Shown here: one piece after another, positions 53,101-64,000 of the stretch | Layout of the letters: each line of letters starts with the position of its first letter | Numbering within the stretch: position 1 is the first letter of the stretch | From: Lama glama | Taxonomy: Eukaryota | Length of the DNA stretch: 64,000 nucleotides | NCBI GenBank assembly: GCA_028534125.1 | Contig: CM052817.1 | Location: 55,740,001-55,804,000 of the forward strand | Direction: 5' to 3' | Translations under genes and position numbers: made by a program | Notes under the pieces: generated by a model | Database searches by the model: none | Seen by the model: the letters and a program-made list of their open reading frames with translations, nothing else | What the model was told of the DNA's origin: nothing

Positions 53101-53734
53101 AGATGGAGCAGACATAAAATATTTCCAAGTTTCTTATCACTTAGAGAAAATGTAAAAAAGGCAATAAGGCAGTATTAACACCTTTACTTCTAGAGATGTA
53201 TGAGGGGCATGCAGATAATTAGGCATGACTACTTCATGTGTGTGCTTGCATACATAAAATTAACTTCAATATGCACAATGTTCTTTTTAAAAATGCATGG
53301 AGGCTTTCTCTCACATGTTCTCATGTATACCTATCTATGCAAATTATCCAACAATTTGAAAACTTAGCGAATTTAGCTCATATTAACTTAGGACATGGAC
53401 TACAACTGGGAATACACACAAAAACAGAGACTAAGTTGTCCCAACTAGACATTGGTTTCTTGATTGCATTATCTATAACTTACAAATATTTTTATATTTT
53501 AAGTGCCTAGAACAAAGTTCATAGAGTGATTTAGAAATTCAACTATATTATAGAATAGATAATTAAATGTCTTTTTAAGTCAAAGAGTTCAGAGGTAATA
53601 AAAGTTTTAGGTTTCAGGAGCATGCTTCCAGTTTTATCTAGTTTTCCAGTCTCTTACATAAAAGTGAAGATAAACTTTGGGTGTAAGTATGTCAGAATGT
53701 TGTGCCTGAGTTGTTTCATATGATGAGAATTTGT

Positions 53735-54340
53735 TGATAGGAAAAATTTGGTTAGATATTGGTGAGATAGGAGGGAAGGTGGCAGGGCACAAGCATTGGA
53801 GGAGTGACACAGCAGCTGAGAACAGGACCAACTGGTTAGAACCTAGATGGTGGGAGATCTCACTTGCAGTAGACCCTGAGCCTCAGGGCACACCCACAGG
53901 TGCCAGGACAGTTCCTAGGCAGACCATAAAAGGTCCAAAAAGTGGGTGGGGGCCCAGTTCCTGGAAATCCCTGCCCCTTCCCGAAAATAGTTGGAATATC
54001 TTCCCACTCTAGCATATGAAATTACCAAGCCCATAAAAACTGACAACCCCTACGCCTCGTAGTCGCGCTCTCTCTTGCCTTCCAAGATAACCTGTACTCC
54101 ATCTATGGACTGTGTACCCACTTATACTTTAAACTAAACACCACTGCACCTCTTGGCTTCTCTCCCTCTGGCCTGCATTCTGCCTATGGGGTGTGTATCT
54201 GCTAAGTTGCTATCTCTTCTAAGACAGACTGCACTCTGTCTATGGAGTGTGTATCTCTAAATAACCTTGCATTTCACTTTACATGACTTGCTCTTGAATT
54301 CCTTCCTGCGTGAGACAAGAACCTATATTCTCCAGCAATA
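53735..54340 (+). mobile_element. ERV1 solo LTR, MER41-like
   Basis: Colinear with recalled MER41: 'gacagtt...aaaaagtggg...cagttcctggaaatccctgccccttcccgaaaa...tagcatat...ccataaaaa...ctctgtctatggagt...tttcacttta...tgaattccttcctgcgtgagacaagaacc'; 4-bp TSD ttgt/ttgg. Confidence 0.8.
53958..53986. promoter_or_regulatory. Tandem GAS (STAT) motifs in the MER41-like LTR
   Basis: TTCCTGGAA (53958-53966, perfect TTCN3GAA) and TTCCCGAAA (53978-53986, one mismatch), separated by 11 bp. Confidence 0.65.
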
Positions 54341-56249
54341 TTGGTAGTCTGCTTCAAAAAATCTTTCTCGTAATGTTTCTTTGTAGATGAGTAATGTTTC
54401 TCCCTATATTCAATAGAACTCAGAAGTCAAGAAGACAACAAATTCATAGAGTGAGATAACGTGCCTATAATATCAGTAGAATAGTTTCAATTCAAATGTT
54501 ATCAATTTATATGTCACTAACAATAATGTAATATAATGATTCTTCTTATACTTTTGTCTTATATTGCTTGGATAGATGGGATTTCTGGATCTGACAATAA
54601 TTCTAGTCCATAATGTTTATTTTAAAAATGAATATACTGGGAGAGTATGAATAATAGTAGACCAAAAAATGGCTTGAGAAAACCGAAGAAGGGATAGGTA
54701 TTCAAAGGGAGAGAAAAGTCATGCATAGAGCAAAAAGGAAAAATGTAAAACTGAGTAATAGAAAGTTTTAATGAATATTGACTTACGTAGGCATGGAAAG
54801 TAGAATAAAGATATCTTTATACTTTTTCAAAATAAATCAATACATGAGTAAAGCATGACATGCCTACAGTAAGTTTCTAGGTATTATATCTTAAACTATA
54901 TGTGGGACTAACACTCATAAGGAGACTGAGAGCAGCTCTGGCTTAATCTGTAGAGCTCAGAAATCATTAAGATGTTTCGTAGATTAGGATCCGAATTCAC
55001 TGAATGTAGGTGTGTGAATGTGTGAGTTATTTTTATATACAAATGTGTGTATACAGGATTTTTAAAATAGCATACACATTTGTAAGATCAAATACATACA
55101 TAGTTTTTGTTTCGCTTATACTTAATATCATAAGTATAATTTAATATCATAATCATAATTTAACTTCATTAAAATTATTTTAAATCTTTACTTTTCAAAA
55201 CTTCCTTATAGTCAATCATATAGGTATATGCTGATCTATTTAATGATTCCTTACTGTGGAATATGTATTTCATTTCCCTAGTCTTTTATTAATATATTTG
55301 CATCAAACATCACATACACTGATAAAATACTTTTTTCTTTCTTTTAGATCTGCTAGAAACAGAAATACTGGATCAAGTGTAGAGCTACCACAAAGACCCA
55401 ATACATAAGGAAAAGTTGCTTTCTAAATACATTGCTATTTATGGTACTTTGAAATCAAAATGATATGAGCTCCAAAGAAAAAGCATAGTGCAATGTTTTC
55501 TAAAATACTGTGGATGAGATTCGGGGGCCAGATAAAGGTAATGACACAAAGGGAAAGTCAGTGGTTATTTTCAGTCCGTCTCACACGTGCATAAGCACAG
55601 GAGAACCATGGACACTGCCATTAGGATAGCAAAGACAGGAGAATGATTCCATTTGACACAATTTTGAGGTCTTGAGCCATCTTCATAAAGCTTCCCTTGG
55701 CATTTACACACATCACTACAAATATGCATGGAGTCATTTCTTGGCTCTTTACAGCGATTTGAGTGCCTGTGATTTTCTTCTTTTTTTTCCCCCCCAAGTA
55801 TTATTTTAAACTTTTCTGTTGCTTCTTGGTAAATACTATTGTAATGTGAATTCCCTTCTGATTGTATAGAAGAATAATTCCGCTTGTTGAAAAGAATTCA
55901 AAAGGAACCTACATTTTGAAAAGAGAGTATCTGTGTACGGCAATTATATATGATAAACTTACACATTCAGCATGAAAAGGTGCTTTCTGAATATTCAAAT
56001 TGCCCTTCATTTCATTTAATTATTTGTATTATCCAGTCTCGAATAGCATTTAGTGATTCAAAACTGATGCAAACTTTTTATGTTGCATATACATAAAAAG
56101 AAGCCCCACCAGAAATACCCTTTGTTCAAGTAATGTTTTTTAAAATAGGTGCTGCACCATTTATTTGAATGTTTCCTCTCAGTAGGATACTTTCCACTGG
56201 AGTAGTCAAGAAAGAGATTACCGAATCCTAACATCTATACTCTTTCCTC

Positions 56250-56925
56250 ATTTATCATTCTTCAATAAATTCTCCACATTGCAGCCAAAGTAGTATTTTT
56301 AAAATTATACTTGATTATGTGGTACTTCTGATTAAAACCTTTCCGTGGCTTTACGAAGCACTAAGGCAAAGGACAAACATGCTAATGTAGTTTACAAGCC
56401 CTGGAAAACTAGGACTTTTCTTATTATCCAAGCTTCTTTCCTCTTTACTTGGATTATCCTTTAGTTCTACCCACCCAACCCCCTCTACCACCATGAGACA
56501 CCACACATTACATACTATTTTCCATCCAGACATAATTATCCATTGTTGTGAGACACTGGTTTTCTATTTTTCCCAAGTAATTTGTTCATAGTATGGTTTT
56601 CTCCAGGTTATTTATGTTAATAATGCTGACTTCATTTGACTAAATCCTCAAATTTTAAGGTTTAGCTTAGCTATCAGTTCCACTGGGAGGAATAATTTGA
56701 TCCTACATGTTTGGCATAAAACACTTCCCTACAAAGGGGCAACTCTCTACATCTATTTCATGATGTATTGATCATATTATACTGAAACTGCACAGTGTAT
56801 AAACCCTTAGACTGTGAAGTCTGTTGACGGCAGAAGAAGCATCTACAATTATTCACTACTTTACCCCATGTCCTAGCACTGCTTGGCATGTATTTACACT
56901 CTATAATGCTTAATAAATGAGTGAA
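56250..56925 (+). mobile_element. L2 LINE 3' part
   Basis: 'tctccacattgcagccaaagt...ttaaaacctttccgtggct' through the terminus 'tcctagcactgcttggcatgta...taaatgagtgaa'. Confidence 0.65.
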
Positions 56926-57699
56926 GCAATGAGAGCATGAATGTTTGGATTCTTTAATTTGGAAATTTATAATAATTGTTGAAATTGACAAATTCAAATT
57001 ATGACATGAGATAAAAAATACTCATTACTCAGTTTTCCTATACAGTTGACATTGACATGATATAAGGAGTGAAGGCCTGATATATTTTTTTAATTCTTTC
57101 TCACAGGAAAAATGATGAAAACCCTGAGTTTCTGCAAGTAGAATTGATTCTGTTCTTCTCAGCCCACATTTTTATTCTGCTTTTATTTTTCCAAATCCAA
57201 CTGCTTCACTTGTGTTTTTCCAACTTATTTTTGATGCTTCTGTATACACATGTGTTTGTTGTATCAGTGCACTACAAGACTGTGATGGGAGATGAAAATG
57301 GACATCAGGTTGGGCAGAAACATAGAGACTGTTCCTCTTACTGCTTCAAAAGTTAAGAGGTGAACGTTCTGATTTGCCCACTTTTGGAATGGTTTTCAAT
57401 AGCAATACAGCAGAATAATAAAACTTATTGGAAGTATTTTGTAACCAGGTGACTGTTTCTCTTCTTCCCCTGCATCTGTCTTGAATTTACTGTGGAATTT
57501 TCAATGTAGGGTAAATAGAAAGTGCTTGAGGCCTACTGACCAAATCCTATGATCACAATGTGGTGAGGACACTGCTTCTGGGAAAACTCAATGTCTTTTA
57601 TCAATCCTTTACCATTATGTCAATTCATTTGTTTATGAACAAATTTGTTCATTCAATAAACATATATTGCACCTCTTAACAGTGTTAAATACCATATTT

Positions 57700-58290
57700 C
57701 GTGCTAATCCACTTGATTCCATGCAGAATCAGAGTAATCCGTTAAAAGTAACTGGTTCTAGTTACTTCACAACCCAAAACCCCCCAGTGGCTTCCCATGG
57801 TTTACCCATTCCTTTTAGAGAAACATCTAAAATTTTCACAATCTTATATAACCCCCTAAATTTTCTGACGTCTGCAAATCTCTCCAACATGTTACTATTC
57901 TTCTCTTCACTCAGTGTGCTCTAGCATCAAATGCCTCCTTTTCTGTTTCTCAAAACAGGCCAATTACCCATGATATTTTATTTACCTGGAATAATTTGTC
58001 CCAGGTCTTTTTTTTTTTCCAACAGTGGCCACTTTTTATCCTTCACATTTCTTCTAAAATTTTATCATTTAAGCCATTCTTGACTACCCAAACTACAAAT
58101 TTACAACCTAATTTATTATGTTTCATTACCCGTTCATTTCCTTCATAGCAGTTAACTCTGCCTCTATTTTCCTTCTTTATGTGACTATTTATTTTTAGTC
58201 TGTGTTCCTAAACTATGTAAGTTCTACAATGGCAAGGTACTTGTTTCTCCATATCTCCAGAGACTAGAACAGTGATGAATAAATTAATAA
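57700..58290 (+). mobile_element. L2 LINE 3' part
   Basis: 'cagagtaatcc...aaaaccccccagtggcttccca...tacctggaata...actatgtaagttctacaatggcaagg...tatctccagagactagaacagtg'. Confidence 0.75.
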
Positions 58291-59189
58291 GCAGATAATA
58301 ATAGATTATATCCATATGCAATATTCTTCCTCAGAATGCTCTCCAAAAATGCTTGCATTGAGACTCTTTCAAACTAACACAGATTACTCATGCACTCTAT
58401 TCCAAGGTTATGACATAGACCAACAAGCATGCTGGCTTCCAGAGTCATGTGACTAAGATCAAGAGTCTAGGTCTTATTCTAACGACTAATGACTGTCCAG
58501 GCATTTCCATGCATCACTAGCAAAATCTTGCTCATTCAATATCCTTCCTTCTTATATGCCTTTAAACATCATAAGAAAAGAAAGATCTCAAAGATATTCA
58601 TATGAAACAGAACTTACAGGTTATGGTTTTATCTTTGTGTTTTCTTTGGTTCAGACTTTAACCTCATAGTATGTCAATGATTCCTCTCCTACTTCCGTGA
58701 AGTGTTTTGTACGTTCTGTCTGAAACCATATAGATGCTGAAAATGAGAATTTCTACTCATCAAATTTTCCCCTAAGAAAGCCCAAATCCCGAATATCACA
58801 GTTTGTAGAAAAATCTGTTTTGCTGGTGACAGAGCTAGCCTTTGAATACTCCATTCATCACTTCCTTGGTGTTAAACTTCTCAGCACTGGAACCTTTTTT
58901 CTTCCACAGTGGCAAAATAAATGTTGCTGGAATCTATGGGAAATTGGGTCAGTAAATCAGAAAACACTGATCTGTTTTAAACAAAGATCAAGGTTTGAGT
59001 TCTTTTAGTCCTTTTAACTCCTCAGGCCAAAATGTGTGAATCAGAGTTGATGAGAAATCTGACTTCTTTCCTCACTTTTGATACCATTATCCCCTCTTAG
59101 CTTTTTATCAAATCTATCATTTAATGAACTCTTTACTAAGTCTAAAAGGAGAATTTTCCACCAAATGTTATTACTCACTGACTGAAAGA

Positions 59190-59820
59190 AAGTCAGGGCT
59201 CTCCAGAAAAACAGAACCAACAGTCACTCTTTCTCTCCCCAAATAGCTAGCTATATAGACAGATACAGATCTCTCTCTCTACAGTGTATATATAAAGATA
59301 GAGATACCCATGCATACATAGAGGAAGGCTATCTATATATATTCTCCTACAACCATTTATACATGGAGAGATGAAGAGATTTATTATAAGAAATTGGTTC
59401 ACATGATTGTGATGGCTGAGCAGTCCCTGAATCTGCCATGAGGAAGCAGGAGTCCCAGGAGAGCCAATGGCACACAGGTTTTGAGTCTGAGTCTGAAAGT
59501 TTGAGAAGCAGGAGAGCTGCTGGTTGAGTTCCAGTCCAAGTCCAAGTCAATAATGTACAAGAAGATGGATGTCCTAGCTCAAAGACAGTAGGCCAGAGAG
59601 CAAATTCTCCCTTCCTCTACCTTTTTGCTCTATTTAGGATTTCAACAAATTGGTTGAGGCCCACACACACTGGGGAGGGCAATTTACTCTACTCAGTCTA
59701 CCAATTCAAATGTTAATCTCATCCAGAAACAACTTCACAGACACACACAGCATAATGTTTAACTACATACCTGGGGACCCTGGGGCCCAGTCAAGTTAAC
59801 ACATAAAACTAATCATCACA
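59190..59820 (-). mobile_element. ERVL solo LTR (MLT2B-like)
   Basis: 'agtcagggctctccagaaaaacagaaccaa', 'gagatttattataagaaattggttcacatgatt', 'ctactcagtctaccaattcaaatgttaatctcatccagaaaca', end 'ggcccagtcaagttaacacataaaactaatcatcaca'. Confidence 0.9.
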
Positions 59821-60857
59821 AAAAGGATCTGAAAAAGTGGATTTGTGCAGAGTGACCTACTGAATGTGATAAGCCATAATTTATGTTGATAGATAATTTA
59901 TAGAGATACGCAGCAAAGACGGGGTTTCTACAAAAGCATATCCTGGTGTAAACTAATTATTTGGAATATAAACATGAGGATATTGGGATCAGAAATTATT
60001 CAAATTAGACAAATTTGACAAATGTAAATTAGACATATAGGAGGGAAAGGATAAAGACCTTTAAATAAGAAAAAACTAGGGCTGACTCTGACAAGTTTTA
60101 TTTTTCACTGGCCACAGAAAGGAAGGTTTTTTTAATCTCAGATTTAACTGATTTTCCAGTTTTCCTGTTTAGAACCTAAGATCTTAATCATCTCAGTGAA
60201 GCATGCATTGAATTAAATGCTAAACTGAAACTTCAGAGAGCAAGCAAAATATATAAATAATATATGTTTCCCTCATACAATCAATAATGTGATTTAGTTA
60301 TAAATCAGATTCCTTCCTCCTATGGTTCTGAAACATCTTTTTTTCTTTATTTTTTCTTTTCTTTTCTTTTTTTTTTTTTGTTTCTGCTACCGGACTGAGA
60401 GAAGAGTTGAAAGAGTGGAAATAGCTTTTCAAAAGTCCGTATTTCAAATACGTTTCTCTGGAGCCCTAATACAGAATTTCTTGGAACCTTACAGAAAGCA
60501 TTGTGTATTGACAAAGCATTGACATCCAGGCTATAGTTACAAGCAGACAGAATTTCATGCGAGCTCAAGTCAAACAATTCAAGAAAATCATTCAATTCAT
60601 TCTGCTGAGTTGTTTAGCAGACTGATACACGAGTTAATGTTTCAGGAAAGTTGATACCCAGTACAAAAGCTGGCTTGCTGTCCTTCCCTATGTCTCTCTT
60701 AGGTGAAGGATGCATAACCTTTCTTCAACCATGGACCCTTTGGTACCTGTTCATAATGCTGTTTCTAAATGTACTAAAAGCAACACAAAGGGACCATAAG
60801 GGAAACACATATGTAAATACTGTTATCAAAATATGGGGGAAATAATGATATATTTAT

Positions 60858-61303
60858 TGTGGAAGCCACCATGGTGCACCACTCAGACCTCTCCACTCAG
60901 GAGAGAACCTGCTGCAGGAAGCACAACGGGCTCACAGTGTCCATTCGCCTGACCATCAGAACCCACTGCGCTCCTCTCACACGATGACCGAGCCCAGCAG
61001 AGTTAATAGTTTGGGAAAATCCCACCCAACATGGGATTCCTCTAACAACGGTCCTTGCACTATGACTTTCTCGTGGATCCTGTGGCCCATTCTTTCTTAG
61101 AGGTGCCCTGCAGTCTGAGGCTCTTCCTTGCATCCCTTCTTCCTTCCTTGTCTCTTTTCACAGGTTTCACATCAGCACTGCAGTCTAACACTGCCTATTC
61201 TTCCTCCCTCTGCTCCTTACCCTGTAAAGACATTTCCCTCAATAATTTTTGTATTTATAATTCTATTTCGATATCTGCCTCCAGGAAAACCCAATCTGAC
61301 ACA
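60858..61303 (+). mobile_element. ERVL solo LTR (LTR16-like)
   Basis: TG...CA ends; 'cccacccaacatggga', 'gccctgcagtctgaggctcttcct', 'tttccctcaataa...atctgcctccaggaaaacccaatctgaca' as in recalled LTR16C-type consensus. Confidence 0.75.
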
Positions 61304-62389
61304 TTAACCCATCTTTAACAATTAATAACCTGTTGTGCTATTAACTTGTTCAAAAAATTATCTAGGAAGGTATCTAATAACTACTTGAATTTTTAAATAA
61401 TGATGAGCCTAAATTTATTTCAAAGTATCATCAATGACTATAATACATTCAGGAAAAGATATTAAAATCTATTGTTGGCAAAATTTCAGGCATTGCTATG
61501 TTACACTCCAGGTATATTATATTATTGTTCACATACATAATTGATGGAAATGCTAAATTTTAGTACAAGGACAGTACAAACTCAGATGTATTTTTCTCAT
61601 CCAACTTCATAGGTATGCTGAGTATCACCCAGAGATGTTCAAGGACTCTAGAGAAAGAAACTCCCCATTAAGCAAGGGGCTTAGAACACTGGTAAGAAGT
61701 AATGGTCAGTCCTATGTCAAGCATCTTTTACCTGAATTGTTGGCCACAAAATAATGCCTACAGAAATGCTGCAAAAATCGATGCTTGACTTTTTCTGTAT
61801 TTTACTTCTTTATGCCAATTTATTTTCTTTTTGTTTTTTCTCTGGCAAAATAGAGAAATATTCATCTACAACCATCCATAATGTTTAGAAGGAATACTAC
61901 TGTTCCTGTTTTGGAATTTATAAATATAATTTTCTTGAACAAGTTGTAATTGTGTGTGAATGCATAGAGTAGGTTACTAAATTGCTATTTTCTCACTCTA
62001 ATCTTCTACTTAGATTCAACCTGGTTGTTCACTCTTCTAAGACATACATATAAACATACAGCACATCCTTTGTTAACTCTTCAATTTCAGGGATTGTAGT
62101 CATGCTTGTCACTTTTCAGATAGGAACCTGAAGATTAGTATATATTCAATAACTTCCCAGAGAAACAGTCACAACTACAGCAATTTATTTCAAAAAGGAT
62201 CCATGGAGAGATTAAAATCAAGCTGCAATTGGCTTTTTGTGATTTCATTTAAAAAATGATGAAAATTGAAGTGTATGATTTCCAATGTTTTCATATTTGA
62301 TTAAGTACAACTTAAGTGTTGATTGAGATCTGACCTATGACCAACAAAATGGGACATTCAGATGAGAAGTCAAAATTAGATGGTACAGA

Positions 62390-62830
62390 GCTCTTATCTG
62401 TCACTTCTACCTCATTCCTTCTATGAATTTAGCACCTAGGGTTTCATTCCCATTATTCTCACTTAACACATTAAATCTGAACCATAGCTCTTCAAATTAG
62501 TAGCATCTATATTTTCTTTGAGGATCATTACAACATCTTCACCTCACAGTTATTTGACAATTCAAACTCAGACAAGCTTTATCTCCACTTCCATTTAGCC
62601 ACTCAGAGTTGTACCATGTATTCGGTCTCCTTTAGGAAATGACAGGTTGAAATCATCACCTTCTGAACTGTCTTCTCTGACCACAGAATCTTTTTATCCT
62701 CATGCATCTCTCTCTTTCCTATTGAAACTTCAGGCCATTCTCAGTTTTAGCTTCAGTCTTTGGACTTTATTCTAACTTTCTAGTTAATCTCTTTGTCCCG
62801 ACCTCTCTTATCACTCCAGTTTACTTATGT
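62390..62830 (+). mobile_element. L2 internal (ORF2 endonuclease-region) remnant
   Basis: Pyrimidine-rich text 'atgaatttagcacct', 'ttatctccacttcca...agccactca', 'ctctgaccaca' resembling L2 ORF2. Confidence 0.45.
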
Positions 62831-64000
62831 TTCAATTATTTCCTCCCTAGAAGTCTTGACTCTGTCACAGAAGCTCATTAAACTCTCTTTTTCAATGTTC
62901 CAGCCGGTAGTACTCAATTGGTTCATATCATTAGACACAAACATGCTTCTGTGAAGGTAGCATGATTTTGACACGATCCAACATTCACTAAGTTTGCACT
63001 GCTGGAGGTAACTTGACTGATAAATGAAGGACTTGTAAATACCCTTGGCAAGCAATGAGGATCTGCAGTACTTCTGAGTAGGATGAAGCTATGACAGAAG
63101 CAGTAACTCTTTCCTGTGTATATTAAAGTTTCAAACTGATAGAAGAGGTATTATAATGGTCAAGGAACTCAATTTGGCATCTGCTGTCATAGCCCAGAAA
63201 TTACTATCATTTATTTTATTACAGTCCAGCTATAGAAAACAATACTTTTCTGCGTACATCTTCTAAAGAAGGTGTCATTAGCCATCCTAGAAGTTCAACA
63301 TTCTGGAATGTCGAGGCCCTAAATCTTAGAGAAAAACACTCACTAAGATATTTATAGAGATAATTAATCTGTTGGAGAGAAGACAAAAGAGGGCTGAATA
63401 TTCTACTTTATGCTTAATTGGAATAAAAGGGGGAAAAAAAGAGTAGCAGAATACCAGTCAGTGCTCTCAGGCATCTGGCTTAATCTACTAAAGATGCAGA
63501 TGTTCTATTTTTGGTTCATTTCCACCTACAATAGTAAACAAATAAACGCCCAGTCTGGAATCTAAAAGAAGAATGTTGGATAGTGTGAAGCCAGAAGTCA
63601 CTTCAACCTTAGGAAATCTATTCCATATTATAGAAACTGAATCTTACAGTCATTCCCTAATGAAAACATCTCCACTAACATCACAATACAGATTTCACCC
63701 CAAAGAAGAAAGGAAGTAACTCTTGGTGTTGTGAACACTGAGGAGAGGGGAACTTCCTATGATCACAACCAGACACCAATTTTTGGTACCTCATAAAAAA
63801 AAATGTAGCTAAAGGTTTTTATGTAACAATTAAGTTTACACTTAAAGCCTAGACTTTGAGAAGTTACAGCACAAGATTTTCTCTACAGAAACTGGGTTAA
63901 TAAGATGGTCTCTTCCAATTCAGGTAGGCAAGGAATACGGGGCAATGTGGCTCCCTTACAGAAGTCAGCAGATAACAGAGTAATAATAGAGATACCATGG

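Noticed and set aside
1..64000. The many 60-140 aa ORFs in the six-frame track as cellular genes
   Set aside because: Most start at non-ATG codons, have low-complexity F/L/I/K-rich composition reflecting AT content, lie in repeats, and match no protein I recognise other than L1 ORF2.
62850..64000. Possible ERVL-type internal (gag/protease) remnant
   Set aside because: Only a vague resemblance; no ORF or motif I can quote. It needs a Dfam/TBLASTN search.

Overview
AT-rich, CpG-poor mammalian genomic DNA with one 500-N assembly gap (17318-17817). It is most likely camelid (alpaca/llama/camel), inferred from two tRNA-derived SINEs resembling the camelid vic-1 type. I find no credible cellular protein-coding gene, tRNA/rRNA or CRISPR array. 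The only ORFs with recognisable protein similarity are broken LINE-1 ORF2 pieces. The window reads as an intergenic or deep-intronic region layered with transposon fossils: MIR, L2, old and young L1, Tigger/MER2 and hAT (MER3, MER63, MER20-like) MITEs, and MaLR/ERVL/ERV1 solo LTRs. Repeat family names come from recalled consensus sequences, not a database search, and boundaries are approximate unless junctions are quoted. I cannot support a wholly new biological system here. The best leads are: (1) a MER41-like solo LTR keeping a tandem STAT/GAS motif pair, a candidate interferon-gamma-inducible enhancer; (2) a repeat-free, motif-dense block at ~28.9-29.3 kb that looks like a conserved developmental enhancer; (3) a perfect 45-bp hairpin-terminated duplication inside a heavily decayed L1, suggesting a recent templated insertion; (4) an intact CpG-rich L1 5' UTR at the gap edge, implying a young, possibly full-length L1 collapsed into the gap; (5) several + strand exon-like units with strong splice signals that could belong to an unannotated lncRNA.
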